Source: Zygnema circumcarinatum SAG 698-1b (taxonomy: Eukaryota; Plantae; Zygnematophyceae). From it: a DNA stretch of 64,000 nucleotides. Position numbers and translations under genes: made by a program. Position 1 is the first letter of the stretch, and each line of letters begins with the position of its first letter. Below, one piece after another: positions 50,701 through 64,000 of this stretch. The stretch is taken from assembly GCA_037447605.1 (NCBI GenBank), contig CM074817.1:1426001-1490000 (forward strand). Direction: 5' to 3'. The notes beneath the pieces are model-generated. The model saw only the letters and a program-made list of their open reading frames with translations, searched no databases and had not been told where the DNA came from.

Positions 50701-51294
50701 CTGAAGAATTACAGAACATCAAATTTTGAAAAGAAACATACCCATAAAATGAGCAATGTTCGTCGTATCATCTCCTAGTAGCTGAAAATACGTCATGCCG
50801 GCCCGCCAGACCACCTTCTTCCGCGACTTCAGCCACGCTTTGCTCCTCCTCCCAATATCCCGCCTCTGATTCTCCTCCATTGTCTCCATCACCCAGCGCT
50901 TGTACCACTTCTCCTCCTTGCATTGCACCGCCTTAAGAAGCCCCCTCTGCCTGTCCTTCTCCTCCACATCCCTACACACTGTGTCTCCAATAGACACAAA
51001 GTTACTGCCAGTATAGCAAAGATAATCGCAAGTGCAGAGAGTCTGCTCGCAGCAATAAGGGTTTTCTACTAAGAAGCAGGAACAGAACGTCTCCGCTTGC
51101 CCTCCTCCTCCTCGGACTCTCCTCTCCAGCGCAGAGTGCAGTCGCTGCTCCTCGAGCTGCACTCGGCTGCGGAGCTCCCCGAGCTTCGCATCTGCCACGG
51201 CCTCCAGCGCGCGGCAGAGGAAGGGCCGGAGCAGAGGCAGGAGCAGGGCGAGCAGTCGGAGAAGAGCTCTGAGGCGGGCGGAGGCCATGGCCAT
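47778..51294 (-). CDS. Glycosyltransferase family 61 (DUF563/EOGT-like), multi-exon, signal-anchored
   Basis: N-terminal hydrophobic MAMASARLRALLRLLALLLPLL; TNIAHF; CFERLVYP|GGLLSGDYAMAQDFTRKV; LLWIGR; SFSEQVREVQEADIIFSIHGAGLTN...VIIELMPY, the GT61 signature. Confidence 0.85.
48781..49589 (+). repeat. 809-bp (GGGGA/GGGGGA)n purine tract inside GT61 intron 48687-49629
   Basis: Nearly pure G/A with only a few T; intron inferred from the phase-1 join CCA G|GC...CAG|GC GGT. Confidence 0.9.
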
Positions 51295-51354
51295 GGCGGA
51301 GGTAGAGGGAGGAGAGCAGGGGAGAGAGAGCGCCTGCAACAGTTGCTGCTGCCG

Positions 51355-51381
51355 TATCGTATCGTATCGTATCGTATCGTA
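51355..51381 (+). repeat. (TATCG)n pentanucleotide repeat upstream of the GT61 ATG
   Basis: cgtatcgtatcgtatcgtatcgtatcgta. Confidence 0.85.
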
Positions 51382-54004
51382 CTGAAAGTATCGGTATCGA
51401 TATCGTACTTTTTGAGCCGGCTGTGTGCGGGACTGTTGGGATTGCCGGCCGGCGGGCGGGGCCGACTGCCGGTCGGCGGCCGTACGAATACCGTACGGAC
51501 GGGGACGCGGCGGACCTTGAACCAGGGCTAGGTCCTGGCGTCAGCAAATGACGACGTCAACTTCCGTACGAATATCGAGTACATGACGTCACGTCGCCCG
51601 TACGACGTCCGCATGCCCCAACTGCGGAAAGTCAGCATTTGACTTATGGAAAAGCTTGGGCTCGGCCGCTGAAGGGCGGGGGCCATGGCCATGGCCATGG
51701 ATTGCTACCGGGGGGGCGGGGTTTGGCTTCCTCAGATATCTGCGTCAACTGAGAGTTCCCATGGACGGGCAAAGAGCAGCTTATGATCTCGCTTGTTACT
51801 GCAGGGCAAAGCAGGGTAAATAAGGCACAGCGCAGAGGCAGGAAGGTGGCAGGATTCGCCGGCTGACATCTATCTGCTCAAGGTGGGCTGTGACTCTGTG
51901 AGAGACACGGCGGGAGGCTGCTGCTTCAGGAATTCTCGATTCGAGTTCAACTGTTTTTAAACGCAAACGGCGGATGCTCGTGTAAGAGAGGCGGCTGGCC
52001 TGGCCCGGGCCTGGCTCAAGCCAAGTGATGCCGGCGGCGCTGCTCGTGGTTTCGCCGCAAGGCTTCGGCGAGGGTTGGGCGTACGGACGATGCAAGCGAG
52101 CCAGCAAGCAACCGAAATCACGAGCAAGCGCCAAATCACGAGCAAGCGCAACGCCACAAGCTCCAAGGGGACAGAAATATCCAGTACCGTGCAAAATGAT
52201 AATATACATTCAAATAAGACGATAGACGTACTGATTCGTTTTCCTTGCAGCAGCAGGCGCTTGATCCCCTGTGCGAGCCCGACCTCGTACGATGTCTGTA
52301 CGGACGAGGGAGGGCTGCAACTTTTTCCACGGCGCTTCATGCGAATTATCGAATGCCGTGGCGAAATGTGATTCGCAGTTGTTAATTTTCCTGGAACGTC
52401 ATTGAATAACACAAAAAAACTCTGGCATTTTCCGGAGCAGATCCGCGTTCGTAACCCAAAACGACAAAAAACCGGATATACCGACCCTAGAACAGACAGT
52501 CCCTCATTTAAAGCGGGCCCTGCGCTGAGCTGGCAGCCGTCGCATTGGCGTTGTCCTGGGTTTTTCCGCCAAAATGGGTTTCTTTTGTCACATCCGCCCA
52601 AGGGCGTCGGCCAATCAGGAGCCGCGCCCTCTGTCACCCGCGTTAAAACCCGCTGTCGCCCTCTTCGCTCCGTCGGGAAAAACCGCGGGCTATGCCTGCC
52701 AAAGGAAATTTTCCACGTGTACACAATTGTACACGTGGCACATTTCCATTGGCTGTTTTCGTGTTCGAACCATGGAGTTCGCCATCCCCTGATCTTCCCA
52801 ACCGGCAACATCATGACCCGTACATGCCGTACATTGTGTCATGACTTTTACATCATTGTCAGTCGCACCATCACCTGTCTGCTACATCATGACAGCCTCG
52901 CACGTGTGAAGGTGTCCCGTCGGGAGGTAACCCTGTAAACAAGCAGGGAGGGTGTGCTTCTGCAGGGCAGCCATGGCTGCCATGGCTGCCTGAAAGGGTG
53001 TGCCCCTCTGCACGCGCTGCTTGGGCTGCGGCGGGAAGCAGCGGCAGGACGTGCTGTGGGAAGCACCGTCGCGCCATGGAGCCTGCAGGAAGCTCCTCTG
53101 CGGGCGGCCAGCAACTCCGTGTCGCCCGCTGCGGGAAATGACCCGAGGAATCTGCTGGATCAAGTTCCGTTTTTAAGAGGTGTGCATTTTCCTGATGTGT
53201 TCACACTCTCTTGCTTTCTTTCTTCTATTTGATAGTCATTGGTCATAAGTGCGGCAGCATGGTGCAGGATGTGTAAGTCAAGCGATTGCTAGGACTGCCA
53301 ATGTCAAGAGCTCAGGAATATCAGCCCGAGAGGAGCAGTTAGGTGCCCTTTTGACGTTTTCTTGAGTACGGTGATTATTAGATTAGGATTAGATAGTTGT
53401 CTCTGACTAATGAAGCAATAACTGTAGCAACGAAAAACTATCGGTTTGAAAGGATAGTAAAAGTGAAAGTGGTAGTGAATGGAAGGTCCATTTGATTCAA
53501 TCCGAATGACTGGTTTCAAAGGACTGCCTTTCATCTGTGGAGCTTGTTCGTTCTTTATTTAAAAAGAGGACGTCTCTGATGTGCCCACCCCCCGCCTCTT
53601 TTTTTCGCTCATGCATGACAGGGTTTGCTGCCGATTCCGGGAGAACAACTCTGGCCCTGACAAACCCTACAAATGCTATTATAAATGATGATGGTAACCA
53701 CGAACGCTTTCACATATCGGTGAGACGCAGAATGGTTGCTCCAAACGCAATCTCTTCACTAAGGACAGTTTTCCATACACTAAGCATGTCGAGGCGCCGC
53801 GACAAAAAAACCGACCACTTCAACAAGCCCCTAAATTTGCTAAACTCAAAACGAACCAAGACATCCTAACCTGACCAAAACTTAAATAGGTAAATCCATC
53901 CAGAGTTCCAAAATTGATGTGCGGCAAGCGTGACCCGCCTCGTTCAAAACCTCACTCCTCCACTATAAGCACAACAGAAGAACTCGATTGCAGCATTGCT
54001 CCTT

Positions 54005-56085
54005 TCACTCCTCCTCATCCTCCAGGCCGGGGATGTACAGCAGGCTGACGTCAAAGATGACAGGGCTGCTTGGGGGGACACGTGGACGCCCAGCAGCCGC
54101 AGTCAAGCCCTTAGGAAAGGCAAGCTGTCACCAAGAAACACATTTGTCAGGCATTCCCCCTTCATCTTCTCCTCCTCTTCATCTTTCGACACTTCCTATT
54201 TCAGATCACGACCAAGCACTCGCTGCTATTCTTTCCTTTGTGGATCGCTAAAATGTATCTGAACCTTTGTGCATTATTTCATTTATCTGATTGTCTGTTT
54301 CATACAATCTTAAGCTTTAAGCCGAGATAGTCATTAGATTTTGAACGCAAACTATGGCTTTAGTATTCATCATGGAATGGGTATCTTACTTCTCCTGGAA
54401 TGAAGAGCCGTCGAGTACCGCCAACTTTCATAGAAAGGATGCCTTCATCCAGGCCCGGGATGACCTGCAAAGGAAAGAGTGGCCGAGAGAGAGAGGAGGG
54501 GGGATGTTAAGGACAGAGGGAGAGATAGATTATGTCACCAATCCTATGCCTTCACCTATCCAAGTAAAGCCCTCACTATGAGCCCGCAAAGGCACGGTAC
54601 AGAGATCTCTCGAGTCCTCATCCTTCAAAGGGAATGCATTCACGCAGTTCTTCCACAGACCTCAACCCTTTGATTTGAGAAACATGCTGCGACTTTTGTG
54701 TGAATGATGTTCTGATAGTGCAATGGCAATTATTTTGCGTCGAAGTTACTTTACTATGTCCCTTCTGCTTAACCCTCTTTCCCCTTATTCTGACTTCCTC
54801 CTTTTTCCTTTTGTTGAACTTTCCGAGAAACGGTTATACCTGGCCTGATCCGACTCGGAAAAGGTAGGGTACCCCCTTCTCCAAAGAGCTGCACACACAG
54901 ATGATGGATGCTGATAAGTTCAAACTTCTCAAGCCTGTACCCTCCCTTCATCAGAAGAAGAACCAACAGCTCGCAAGCCTTCACCTCCCAACTCTCATCA
55001 CGACAAGAAGGGGCCCAAAATAGATATAAAAAAACAATCCATAAATAAAGGAGGATACATAGGCAGTGAAATGTTGCTTACCTGTCAAAAATCTTTCCAC
55101 TTGGAACCATGGCTACATAATTGGCAGCCACCTGTTCACATCAGACACCCATCAAACAGAGGTCTTGGGGTCTTCCAGCACATCATTGCTTCAAGTGAAG
55201 GGAAAGTTCACTACTTGACATCGTTAGGATTTTCCATGTTCCGAAGGATACTTTGAATGTGTATACGTGGAAAGACTCACCTGAAAACCAACAGGAGGAG
55301 AGGGCCCTTTTCCGACGACAATGTCCTTATAGGCGAGCCCTGAAGCGGTGGTGACGGTAGGGATCTGCAAAACCTTAGGCAAACATCTTTTCAGCACTTT
55401 CTGCAATGACGGAAAACTTCCAATCTAAAACTTTACAAAGCACCTTCATGCGGTTAGTTATATCTTGACCATCCGTCACGTAGTTTGGTTAACATAGCAC
55501 TCAATACTGACGCAGGTTTGCGTTGAGAAGAAAGGCGACCTATGCGGCAAATGTCCGTACAGTATCAAGCGATGTTTCACATTCAGCGTTGCATATCTTG
55601 GCTGATGTATCGTCTTTGGGAGGGAGAGCGGCTCCATAAGCTTCCTTCTCTACACCGGTCGCTGTAACAACAGCCAATAGAGATGCGAGGGTGGTCCGGC
55701 GGCTAACTACCACCTCGCACTCATCGCTGATGCCTGAAAATAGTCAAAGGACAAGGCAAATCAATCACTGATATCTTGCATAGGCGAATCACTGTCATTC
55801 ACAGTGCAATTGGCTGATTGCTAACGGACTGGCCCAATACAAATACAAACATGTGAGAGTCTGCGTTTAAGGTGTCCCATACAAGTTTGGAGTTACAGTT
55901 CAGCTCAACATACTCCTTTCACAAGCAGAGAAGGAGGTGAGTTTCAGGAGAGTTTTGTTGGTCCCCTCACCAGCTTGACACTTGACAGAGAGCAGTGATT
56001 GGCATGGTCGCAGAGCCTTCCTTTGTCTACAAGTGAACTCTGAGGATGATGAGGCCCATTCAAACCCCAAATCTGTATTAGACAT
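54005..56085 (-). CDS. FKBP16-3: Chloroplast FKBP-type peptidyl-prolyl isomerase FKBP16-3; start codon approximate
   Basis: Spliced: TTASGLAYKDIVVGKGPSPPVGFQ|VAANYVAMVPSGKIFD|SSLEKGVPYLFRVGSGQ|VIPGLDEGILSMKVGGTRRLFIPGE|LAFPKGLTAAAGRPRVPPSSPVIFDVSLLYIPGLEDEEE*. This closely resembles Arabidopsis FKBP16-3. N-terminal exons look like a transit/lumen signal (SVKCQA; SRRTTLASLLAVV). Confidence 0.9.
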
Positions 56086-58767
56086 GTAGGCCAAAAATTC
56101 ATGCCAACAAGCACTTAACACGATCAATAAGCCTATGAAAGGAACCGAGAATTTCTCAACTAGACTTCTTAACCTCTGTCGTAACTTACAACTAATAACT
56201 TACAAAATTTTCATCATTTACTGAGTTTAATATAGGTGGCTTCGAGGACTTCGAACAAGTGATAACTTTGTAATATTGCTGAGGAGGTTGAAGCCCTATC
56301 TTGGCGATACCACCCTTCTGGCATCCAAACACTCCTCCGGAAGAAAAGCGGGAAGTTCAAGCAGAAATGTAAGGAAAAAATGGTCAAAATTCAGCAAGAA
56401 GGGAGTGCGGTTTGATCATAAAGCTGAAACCGCTCAGACTTGCGCTACATTGCCACAAGCCTCTTGCGAAACATTGTAAGAAAATGTAGACGAACTGGGC
56501 TTCCAGACTATCCGTACTTTCCCTCATTCAAAAGATAAAAATCTAACACCAACATTCCGTTCCGACTGATGCACAAAAAAAAAAAGGGGGGAGAAAAAAA
56601 AATAGAGACAACGGCACTGAACACACTGAACCCCTACTGGGCAATGCAGCTGAAAAAAACGACATATGCATATTCAATTTCACATTGTAAGATTTTGAAA
56701 ATGTACGAACAGCCACAGACATTCATTCATCGAATAATTCCCTTCCACTCCCCCTGTACATCTCCCTCCCTGCCCTCAGCCTATCTTCTTCCTCTGAAAT
56801 TCTTCCAATTCCTGCCCTCCTGCTACTTCCCAGCCCGCCTATCTGCCTCCTTCCCTCCCCCTCCCACTCTCTCCCCTCTCTCTCCTTCCTCTCCCCCACC
56901 CCCCCCCTCCCTACAGAGGAGGATTTAGGGTTTCCAACCTTCACGGAGAGGTGTCGCGGAATGCAGCGCGAGGCCGCTCCTCAGGGAGCTCTGAGCAGCG
57001 CAGCCCACGGTCGCCACGTGGCAAGCCATCCCGCGTCCACGTGGCGGAGACGACGGCCGCGAGCGAGAAGAGAGCGAGACTGAATCGATCCAGCGACGGC
57101 CGCCTCTAAAAACGCGCCCTTCACAAAATCTAAAAATTTCGCATGTGTGGGGGAATTCGGCTGGACTTTAGTTGCAATTATTATTAATTAATTGAAGAAT
57201 TGAAGAATGAATGGGTCGGCATTGATCTCGCGAAGAGGCATGAAAGGTACATTGCCATCGACAGAAGGACGGGGAACCACGTGGAGCCAACCGATCACGA
57301 AGGAAAAATAGCCATGAGCTGAACTCTGCTTCGAGGCCCAACAACAACAACAACAACAACAACGCGGCTCTTAAAGAGGTAGAAGTGGATGGCGCCGATG
57401 TGGGCCACGTGGGGCGGAGGGAGGCCCGGACGGCCATAGGACGGTCGCCAACTGCCGTGCCGCGTCCAAGGAGCGCGGTTGCGGTCAGGCGATGGACGAG
57501 AGCTTGGGCTGTCAAAATAGAAGGCGCTTGTCTGCGAGTATGGCCGGAGACGGAGGGAGGGAGGAAGGGAGGGAGGGAGGGAGAGAGGGCCGTCCAAGGC
57601 CGCGTGTGCACTTGGAAGGGGCGAAAGGAGGCAGGCAGGCAGGAAGGCATCCAGACGGGCGTTGAGGCAAGCAGGAAATCTCGAGCGGCCATGGGAACAC
57701 ACTCGTGTGCAAAGTCGCGGTGGGCTTACGGTACGCACGCCCCTTCTGGATGGTCGTACTGCGAGCAGCAAGGCCACTTGCCTTGGAAAGGCATTGTTCT
57801 CAGGATGGCGATGCCATCAGATGTACATGGACAGGAGAAGAATTTGCATTGATGTATGGACATGTGCAGTACATTATTTAGCGTGTACTGGTATCGTAAT
57901 AAATTCTAGTGAATTTGGCTTATTACCGTTGGATATGCCGCTCTCAGACACTCGCGACAGACTCACCGTTAGATAGACGCGTGCACACACCCACAAACCG
58001 TCGTACAACAAACACATTCGACCAGCTCTGGTATCTACGATTCTACGGACGACGACTGTGTGCCCAAACCAAAACCCCTTTTCACGGAGTGTCTGACTCA
58101 TGAGAGATACGGTAGATGAAGCACATTAACGAACACTTTCGGTATCCTCATCCACCACCTTCAACCCCCCCCCCACAATCCCGCATATGCTCGACCTGCA
58201 CAACGCTGATGTCCTCTCGAAGACTTGGAACTTTCGACGCCATTGCACATAACGTGTTTTGTTGGCCGAGAAGCACAAGTTGTGCTTTCTTCTTGGAGGG
58301 CAATTTCGAGCCATAATCCAGTGGAATAATTGCGACAGCTGCCTATCCTCTCGTCCTGCAGCAACATGGGCGAATCCCTTGATCCGTGCCGAGTCCTACA
58401 GCTCTTCAGTGTCCTCAAGCAGGTGACATACTAAGGAAGAATATCTCTGGCAGTCTCCCAACCCCATCCTGCCACACGTTCGCAATACCATACACCTGTG
58501 CATGCCAGAACAGGAGGCCCTGGCGCTAGGCCCTAGGCCCTACATACGTTGGCAGACCTAAAAGCATGGGTAACCAATTGCTTATGTCTCAGCCCAATCA
58601 GCAAAGGGCCACTGCCGTAACATAGTACGACCAGCAGAGGTTCCCTCCCTCAGTTCCTCCCTTTCTCCCTCCCTCAACTACTGCTACCGTGAGAGTTATG
58701 CAAGAGTTACTACTACTACTAAGCACAGGGATGCATGGAGCAGCGCCTCTACCTCTACGAGCGGCGG

Positions 58768-61700
58768 CTAGATATACACATTTCGGACATCATTTTGTCC
58801 AAAGGGCACACCACAACCCGGGCATTTCCGATGGCGAATTTCCAAGTTCCGTTGAATGCACGGGCTGCAGAAAAGATGGAAGCATTTGGTGATAACCACC
58901 TGCAGGACAGTCCTCCCAAAGCCCTCACGGAAACGTTTGAATGGATTCTGAACATGTCTAAAAGAACTGCAAAACTTTAAGGAAAAATTAACCGACCAAA
59001 GTTTCCATTCAGCCCAACGGAGTGCCCTTGAATATGAAAAAGCAACTTTTTCTTTTATTAGCGAGATCAAGCAAAAAGTTAGAAAAAGCTATTGCAAGTC
59101 AGCATCATGCATTCTCGCAATACCAAGAGCTGCAACGAAGTACAAAGACGGCATACCTCTTTAGGGCGATCATGGCAGACAGAACACTTAAGGATCGACT
59201 TATACTCAGTAATCTCCTCCTGAAGCTCTTCTATAGACGGTCCTCCCTTCTCGTGATGCCCTCCCAGGCGCGCCAACTTGATACTCTGTGCCTCCTTCTC
59301 GTCGTCGACCCTCTTGCGTTTATATCTGTAGGTGACAGAAGACGATTGCAGATCAACTCATTAGCCCTAATATGCAGAAGGATTCACCATTGGAACAATT
59401 CATGAAAGTCGAAGTTCGGCACTCCAAAAGCAAGTTTTCAAGCTGAAGCACAAAATTCGAGGTCCCAAACACCTTGCTCTGCAAGCGTTTTTGGCATTGG
59501 GTCGGTAAACACAGTAGCAGCAACGAAGACTCCCTTCCGCATATATGTTTCCAGGGCTAAGAAGTAGAACATGTGGCAGAAAAGAAGTCAGGGACAGCAA
59601 TTCCGATCGAGCTCACCTTTCCTTTTCTAACTCTAACTCTATATCCGTTAACCTCCGTCCGCGATCGTCCAATTCCTTCTGAACCGTTTCCAGAGAAACT
59701 TTAGTTAACTGAGTTTCTCTCTCTGCATCCTGCTGCTTCCGTTTTGCCTGCTCAAGAGCAGCCTGTTGTTGTCTGCTATCCTCCGCGGCCTTCCCAAGCT
59801 GCTCCAAATAGGCCTTAGCCTGCATGCCCATTATGGTCCTTAATTCAGTGAATACATTCACATTCCTACTCGAATGGAATTCGGCCCACGCAGGCTAGTG
59901 GCGCAAGCTAGTGGAGAGGGGTCCAAACCAGATATGTAAAGGAGTTATACGAAATGTATGCTTTTTGGCAAGGGCATACTTTAAAAATGAGCGCACTACA
60001 AAACAGGGCACAGACCCTCTCTTGCACATGCCTCCACTGCAAAAGGAGCGAGTATGCAGATAATCTTTTGAGTTCACAACAGTCAACACAACACTTTGTC
60101 GGAAAACAGAAACGTAGTTATCGTTCGTCCAGACCTCAGATGAAAGGCATACCTGATCTTCCAAACGCGCCATCCGATTCTTCTGCACTTCGGCAACAGC
60201 CGTCGCGTGCTGCATCCGCCCAGCAAGAGCTTCCTTCTCCGCAAGGAGCGAGGATTGCAGCTGCTTTGCTTTGACACTCTCCGACATTAGCTGCAAAAAA
60301 CTCCCACAAGACCCCTGAGCTATCTTTCCCAGAGGTGACAGAGATATTTTGAAAGCATGTTCATGAAAATACTGAATGAATGAGGGACAGATGTAAATCA
60401 CGGCAACAGTCCTTCCAGAGGTCAACTTAGGAAATTGGAACACCGCAGATAGATGCCTCCAACCAAATTTTGGAATACTATGAATGAGTTTCAATTCACT
60501 TAGCAGTACGGAACCACACGCACAAATGCTGCACAGAAATACCACCTTCGTTCTAATAGATTGAAATAATTCCACAACCAAAGCCCCAACAACGCTGAAG
60601 GAAAAAGGCCTTTCATCGGACTTCCTCAAACACTGCCTTTCCATAGCTCTTCAAATAGCGAAATGCAGGAGCGAAAGTGATCCCATCAGTCAAGACCGGC
60701 TGAACAAATCCATCTGTCCTACTACAGGAACTGCTGAACGCCTGGTATGATGCTTATGAAAGGAGGGAAGTCACAGTGTTCACAAACGCATACCTGCGTA
60801 TTATAATCATCACGCTCTGTTATTTGTTGAAGAAGGCGACGATTCTGGGCTTGCATGTCTTCGTAAGCTTGTCCTATTGTCTGCATGTTCCACATGCCAG
60901 TGGCACACTGATTTCGCTTAAGCAGCAGCAGTGATAGATTCCACTCATAGTTCTGTGTGTTGCATGAAACTGGAAGGGAGTAGAGACCTAGCTCGTTTAA
61001 TAAAAAAGTGTAAATTAACTTGCACTATAACCTTAGGTTGGCAAGCAACTTCCAATAGCTTGTGTACTTTTAATGATACCCGTTGTTCAAAACAAAGCTC
61101 AAACGCAGGCTGGATGAAATTGCTCTGATGTCTTACCTCTATCTCCGAAATGTACGCTTCACTTTCCTCATTCTTCGCTTGAAGTGTCTCCTTGAGCTCG
61201 GCAACCAACCTGCGATGTAAACCGTGCCATGAAATCAGCTACTAGCAGGACGTCTGCTTAAGATGGATACCAAACCGACGTGAAAGAAGATTCGACTCAA
61301 ACAAACCCTGATTTTCTAAGCTGCTCACTAAACCAAATAGTACATTACGTGTCAGAACACCATAAACGAATTAGACATCAACAGTCGATACTATATGGCA
61401 TGGCGGCAGGCGTCAGAATGACCACATATTAAGCTAGACAATGTTCCCATAAATACGCAATGAAATCTGACCATAAAGCTTAACTTAGTCGCGAACTCCA
61501 ACTTTCTGCTTCTTAGATAGGCGCTCAACTGCAAAAAAAAATTGCACTACATAAAGCTACCAAGGGAGCGTTGCCCAGCATTTGCAACTCTCCCACTATA
61601 ACTGTACGGCTACACTTTTAGTGCTACATCTCCATCTGAAGCACATATAAGAAAAAAATGACTTCTCCAAAGAGGACTATTATCAACAAAGCCGCAGCCA

Positions 61701-64000
61701 CAGCCACAGCGATAGCCAGAACTATTGTCACAGTCCCCAAACACCAACCTCACACACTACAACATAGATGAATGCAAACAAGGAAACAGCGGATGAATGA
61801 ATGAATTAGAGAATATAGATTAAAAGTAAATTGTCTTTGGGACTAACTGTCGAGGACATACAATGAGCGACAAACTTACCTCTCTGACTCATCCAGCCTC
61901 TGTCGCAACTGAACGATGTCTGCTTCAGCTGTTGCCAGTCTCTGCTGACAAGCCGCTTCTGCCTCATTTGCCGCTTTTACACGTAATGCTAAACTATGTT
62001 CATCAAGAGCTGACTTGAGGCGTTCTACCATAGCTAAAGCGCGACATTCTGCTTGCTTGACCTCCATAATATCTCTGCCAACACAAACGATTGATGTGGT
62101 GAGATAATTAACTATGCCTAAGAGGGTCGTCATGAGAAGATAAAACCTCCACGAAACCCTGAACGCACTCTCTCAAACAACCCAACGTAGAAATTCTTGT
62201 GTAGACAGTAGCCATGATAATGAAGTAAAGGGCCGGCCGGCTCGGCCGCAGCACTTTCCCAGCCAGACACATACTCTGCCATTTCTATGGCTTCCTTCCT
62301 TGGATGGGAATTCAAATGTCAAGCAAACACAATATGTGCAACAAGACGTGTGAATCCGATGGCTCTCTGGGTTTCTGGCTAATAAGAAGGGAAAAGGCGG
62401 AGACGGAGTGAAAGCCAAAAATTACAATAACTACCAAAACTTCTAGATTAATTATCTTGCAGCAAAGTTCCTAAAAACGAAGGGGAGGGAGAAAAGGAAA
62501 GGGGAAGCGTCAAGTCCATGCTAGACACGTTCTGAGGATGGCAGGCTGTATGCCTGTCAAACAGCATCGCTTGTTCTCGGCTCAGCCCTCACAGGCCCTC
62601 ACGCTGGTTTCCTTACACAGGCATGGGCTGGTAAGCAGACCAGCATACAGGTTAAGGAATGATTTACCTAGAATCAGATGATTCTTGCTCAAACATCTCA
62701 AGGAAAAGTTTCAGTTCCTGCTCACTCTCTCGCAAAGACTTCACCTGCCACATCAGACCAAGAAAATGGATCAGCCTCGTGCATGCAAACAGTAGTGAAA
62801 GAATCCTTATGCTGGAACAACGAATCAACAATCCATAATCAAACAGAAAACAACAACGGCTAGGGTGAGAAGCCCGCTCCAATGGCTAGAAGCGAAAACA
62901 TTACCTCTTCTTCTAAAGATTTCATTTCTGCATCCTGAGCACACCGCCTTTTCTGCAGATCCTCATATTCCCGCGCCTGAATGCCAAATGCACGACAATA
63001 GAGTTAACCCTCCACTCTTATCCAATGCGGGAAATTAACGGACCATAGAGAGGGCATAACTTAACTAGACTAAGGGAGACAGAAATCTCCAAGGCGATAA
63101 ACAGAGCACCTACTCTCAGGAGTGTTTAAACTCAAGTGGTAGGAAAAAAAACAAAGTCACATAAGCGTAAGTATGATAAGCGCTATAACTAATACGTCTC
63201 AAAGGCATACCCTGCTAAAAACTAATACCCGACAAGTGAAACGGACTCGTTAAGCATCTAAACGGCTAGGCGGGCTTGAGGTTGCCAAAGAGCAAGTACA
63301 TAGTGTTCTCATACCTTTCGCTCAAGGATTGAAGCAAGAGACTGTGCGTCTGCCCTAAGTCCATGCACTTCCTGTGCTGCCTCCTTGTACTTGCTCAGCG
63401 AGGTGGACATCATGTTCATCTCTTTATGAAGTGTGCTGACCATGACCTTCAGCTCAGCTACAGTTTCTTTCCTACCTGCATCTCGATGGGAATAGAAAAA
63501 ATGCTTTAGTCTCCTAAGCGAGTTCAACCTCTGTCTTTACTTTAGTGACAAGCATGCACAGAAGTACACACAAAAACTACAGATAAAATTATACGAGCAA
63601 GAGCCACCGTGTCCTACGACTCGGGGGGTTGAAGAATGGAGTGCTGCTACCACGTTTCCAGCTGGACTCTACTGAAATAAATGTGCAGAGACGCTGTTGG
63701 TCATGACATCTAATCCTTTCACCCTCGTTTCTTTCAAAACTGGGCTGTAGATTGAAACCAATATCAAGCACTGTAATAGAATTGAAAATACCATCAGCGC
63801 AGCCGAAAAACAGCAACTGAAGTCGGTGAGCATACAGTGGTGCAGAACTACAGCAAACAATTCCACTGAAGGTTGATGTTTTGCGGGATACCAAGAACTA
63901 TATAGACTGTTGCACAAAACTTAACATTCCCAAATTTGCATATTGAGCATTCCCTTGGCCAGTCCAGGCGTACCTGTAGCCTGATGAGCCTCTTCTAACC
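58768..64000 (-). CDS. HUB2: E3 ubiquitin ligase BRE1-like 2 (H2B monoubiquitination), 5'-truncated by the window edge
   Basis: C-terminal C3HC4 RING: LKCSVCHDRPKE|VVITKCFHLFCSPCIQRNLEIRHRKCPGCGVPFGQNDVRNVYI*. Upstream coiled-coil exons include EAYISEIE, EHSLALRVKAANEAEAACQQRLATAEA and QELKLFLEMF. Confidence 0.93.

Noticed and set aside
51600-53900. Possible additional gene between GT61 and FKBP16-3 (ORFs 51796-52209, 51957-52814, 52882-53163)
   Set aside because: No recognisable domain and no consistent exon chain. It cannot be excluded without transcript data.
57168-58420. Possible small gene between FKBP16-3 and HUB2
   Set aside because: The ORFs are GC- or repeat-driven and show no family motif; the region looks like promoter or repeat DNA.

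Overview
Eukaryotic nuclear DNA from a streptophyte, inferred to be a non-seed plant or streptophyte alga. The evidence is spliceosomal introns, plant-type gene families, TTTAGGG/TTAGGG-like repeats and an MTRR gene that seed plants lack. This is a draft assembly with four N-gaps (11562-11571, 13168-13177, 14170-14269, 15164-15173). I reconstruct 12 intron-containing genes: a bacterial-type DNA polymerase III beta-clamp (DnaN) homolog (5'-truncated, +), a conserved uncharacterised plant Lys-rich protein (-), importin-alpha of IMPA9 type (-), glutamine-dependent NAD synthetase (+), methionine synthase reductase (-), an unknown 4-TM protein with an internal duplication (+), an O-fucosyltransferase (-), a large disordered/coiled-coil unknown protein (-), a class 3 lipase (+), a GT61 glycosyltransferase (-), chloroplast FKBP16-3 (-) and the BRE1-like E3 ligase HUB2 (-, 5'-truncated). 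The strongest lead is the spliced DnaN-like gene at the window start, which the ORF track shows only as fragments. Other leads are MTRR (implying B12-dependent methionine synthesis), regularly spaced upstream motif arrays, a shared 13-mer upstream of three minus-strand genes, a 1-kb mini-hairpin satellite and an 809-bp G/A tract inside a GC-AG intron. All family assignments come from motif recognition by eye; no database searches were run. No tRNA, rRNA or CRISPR was found.
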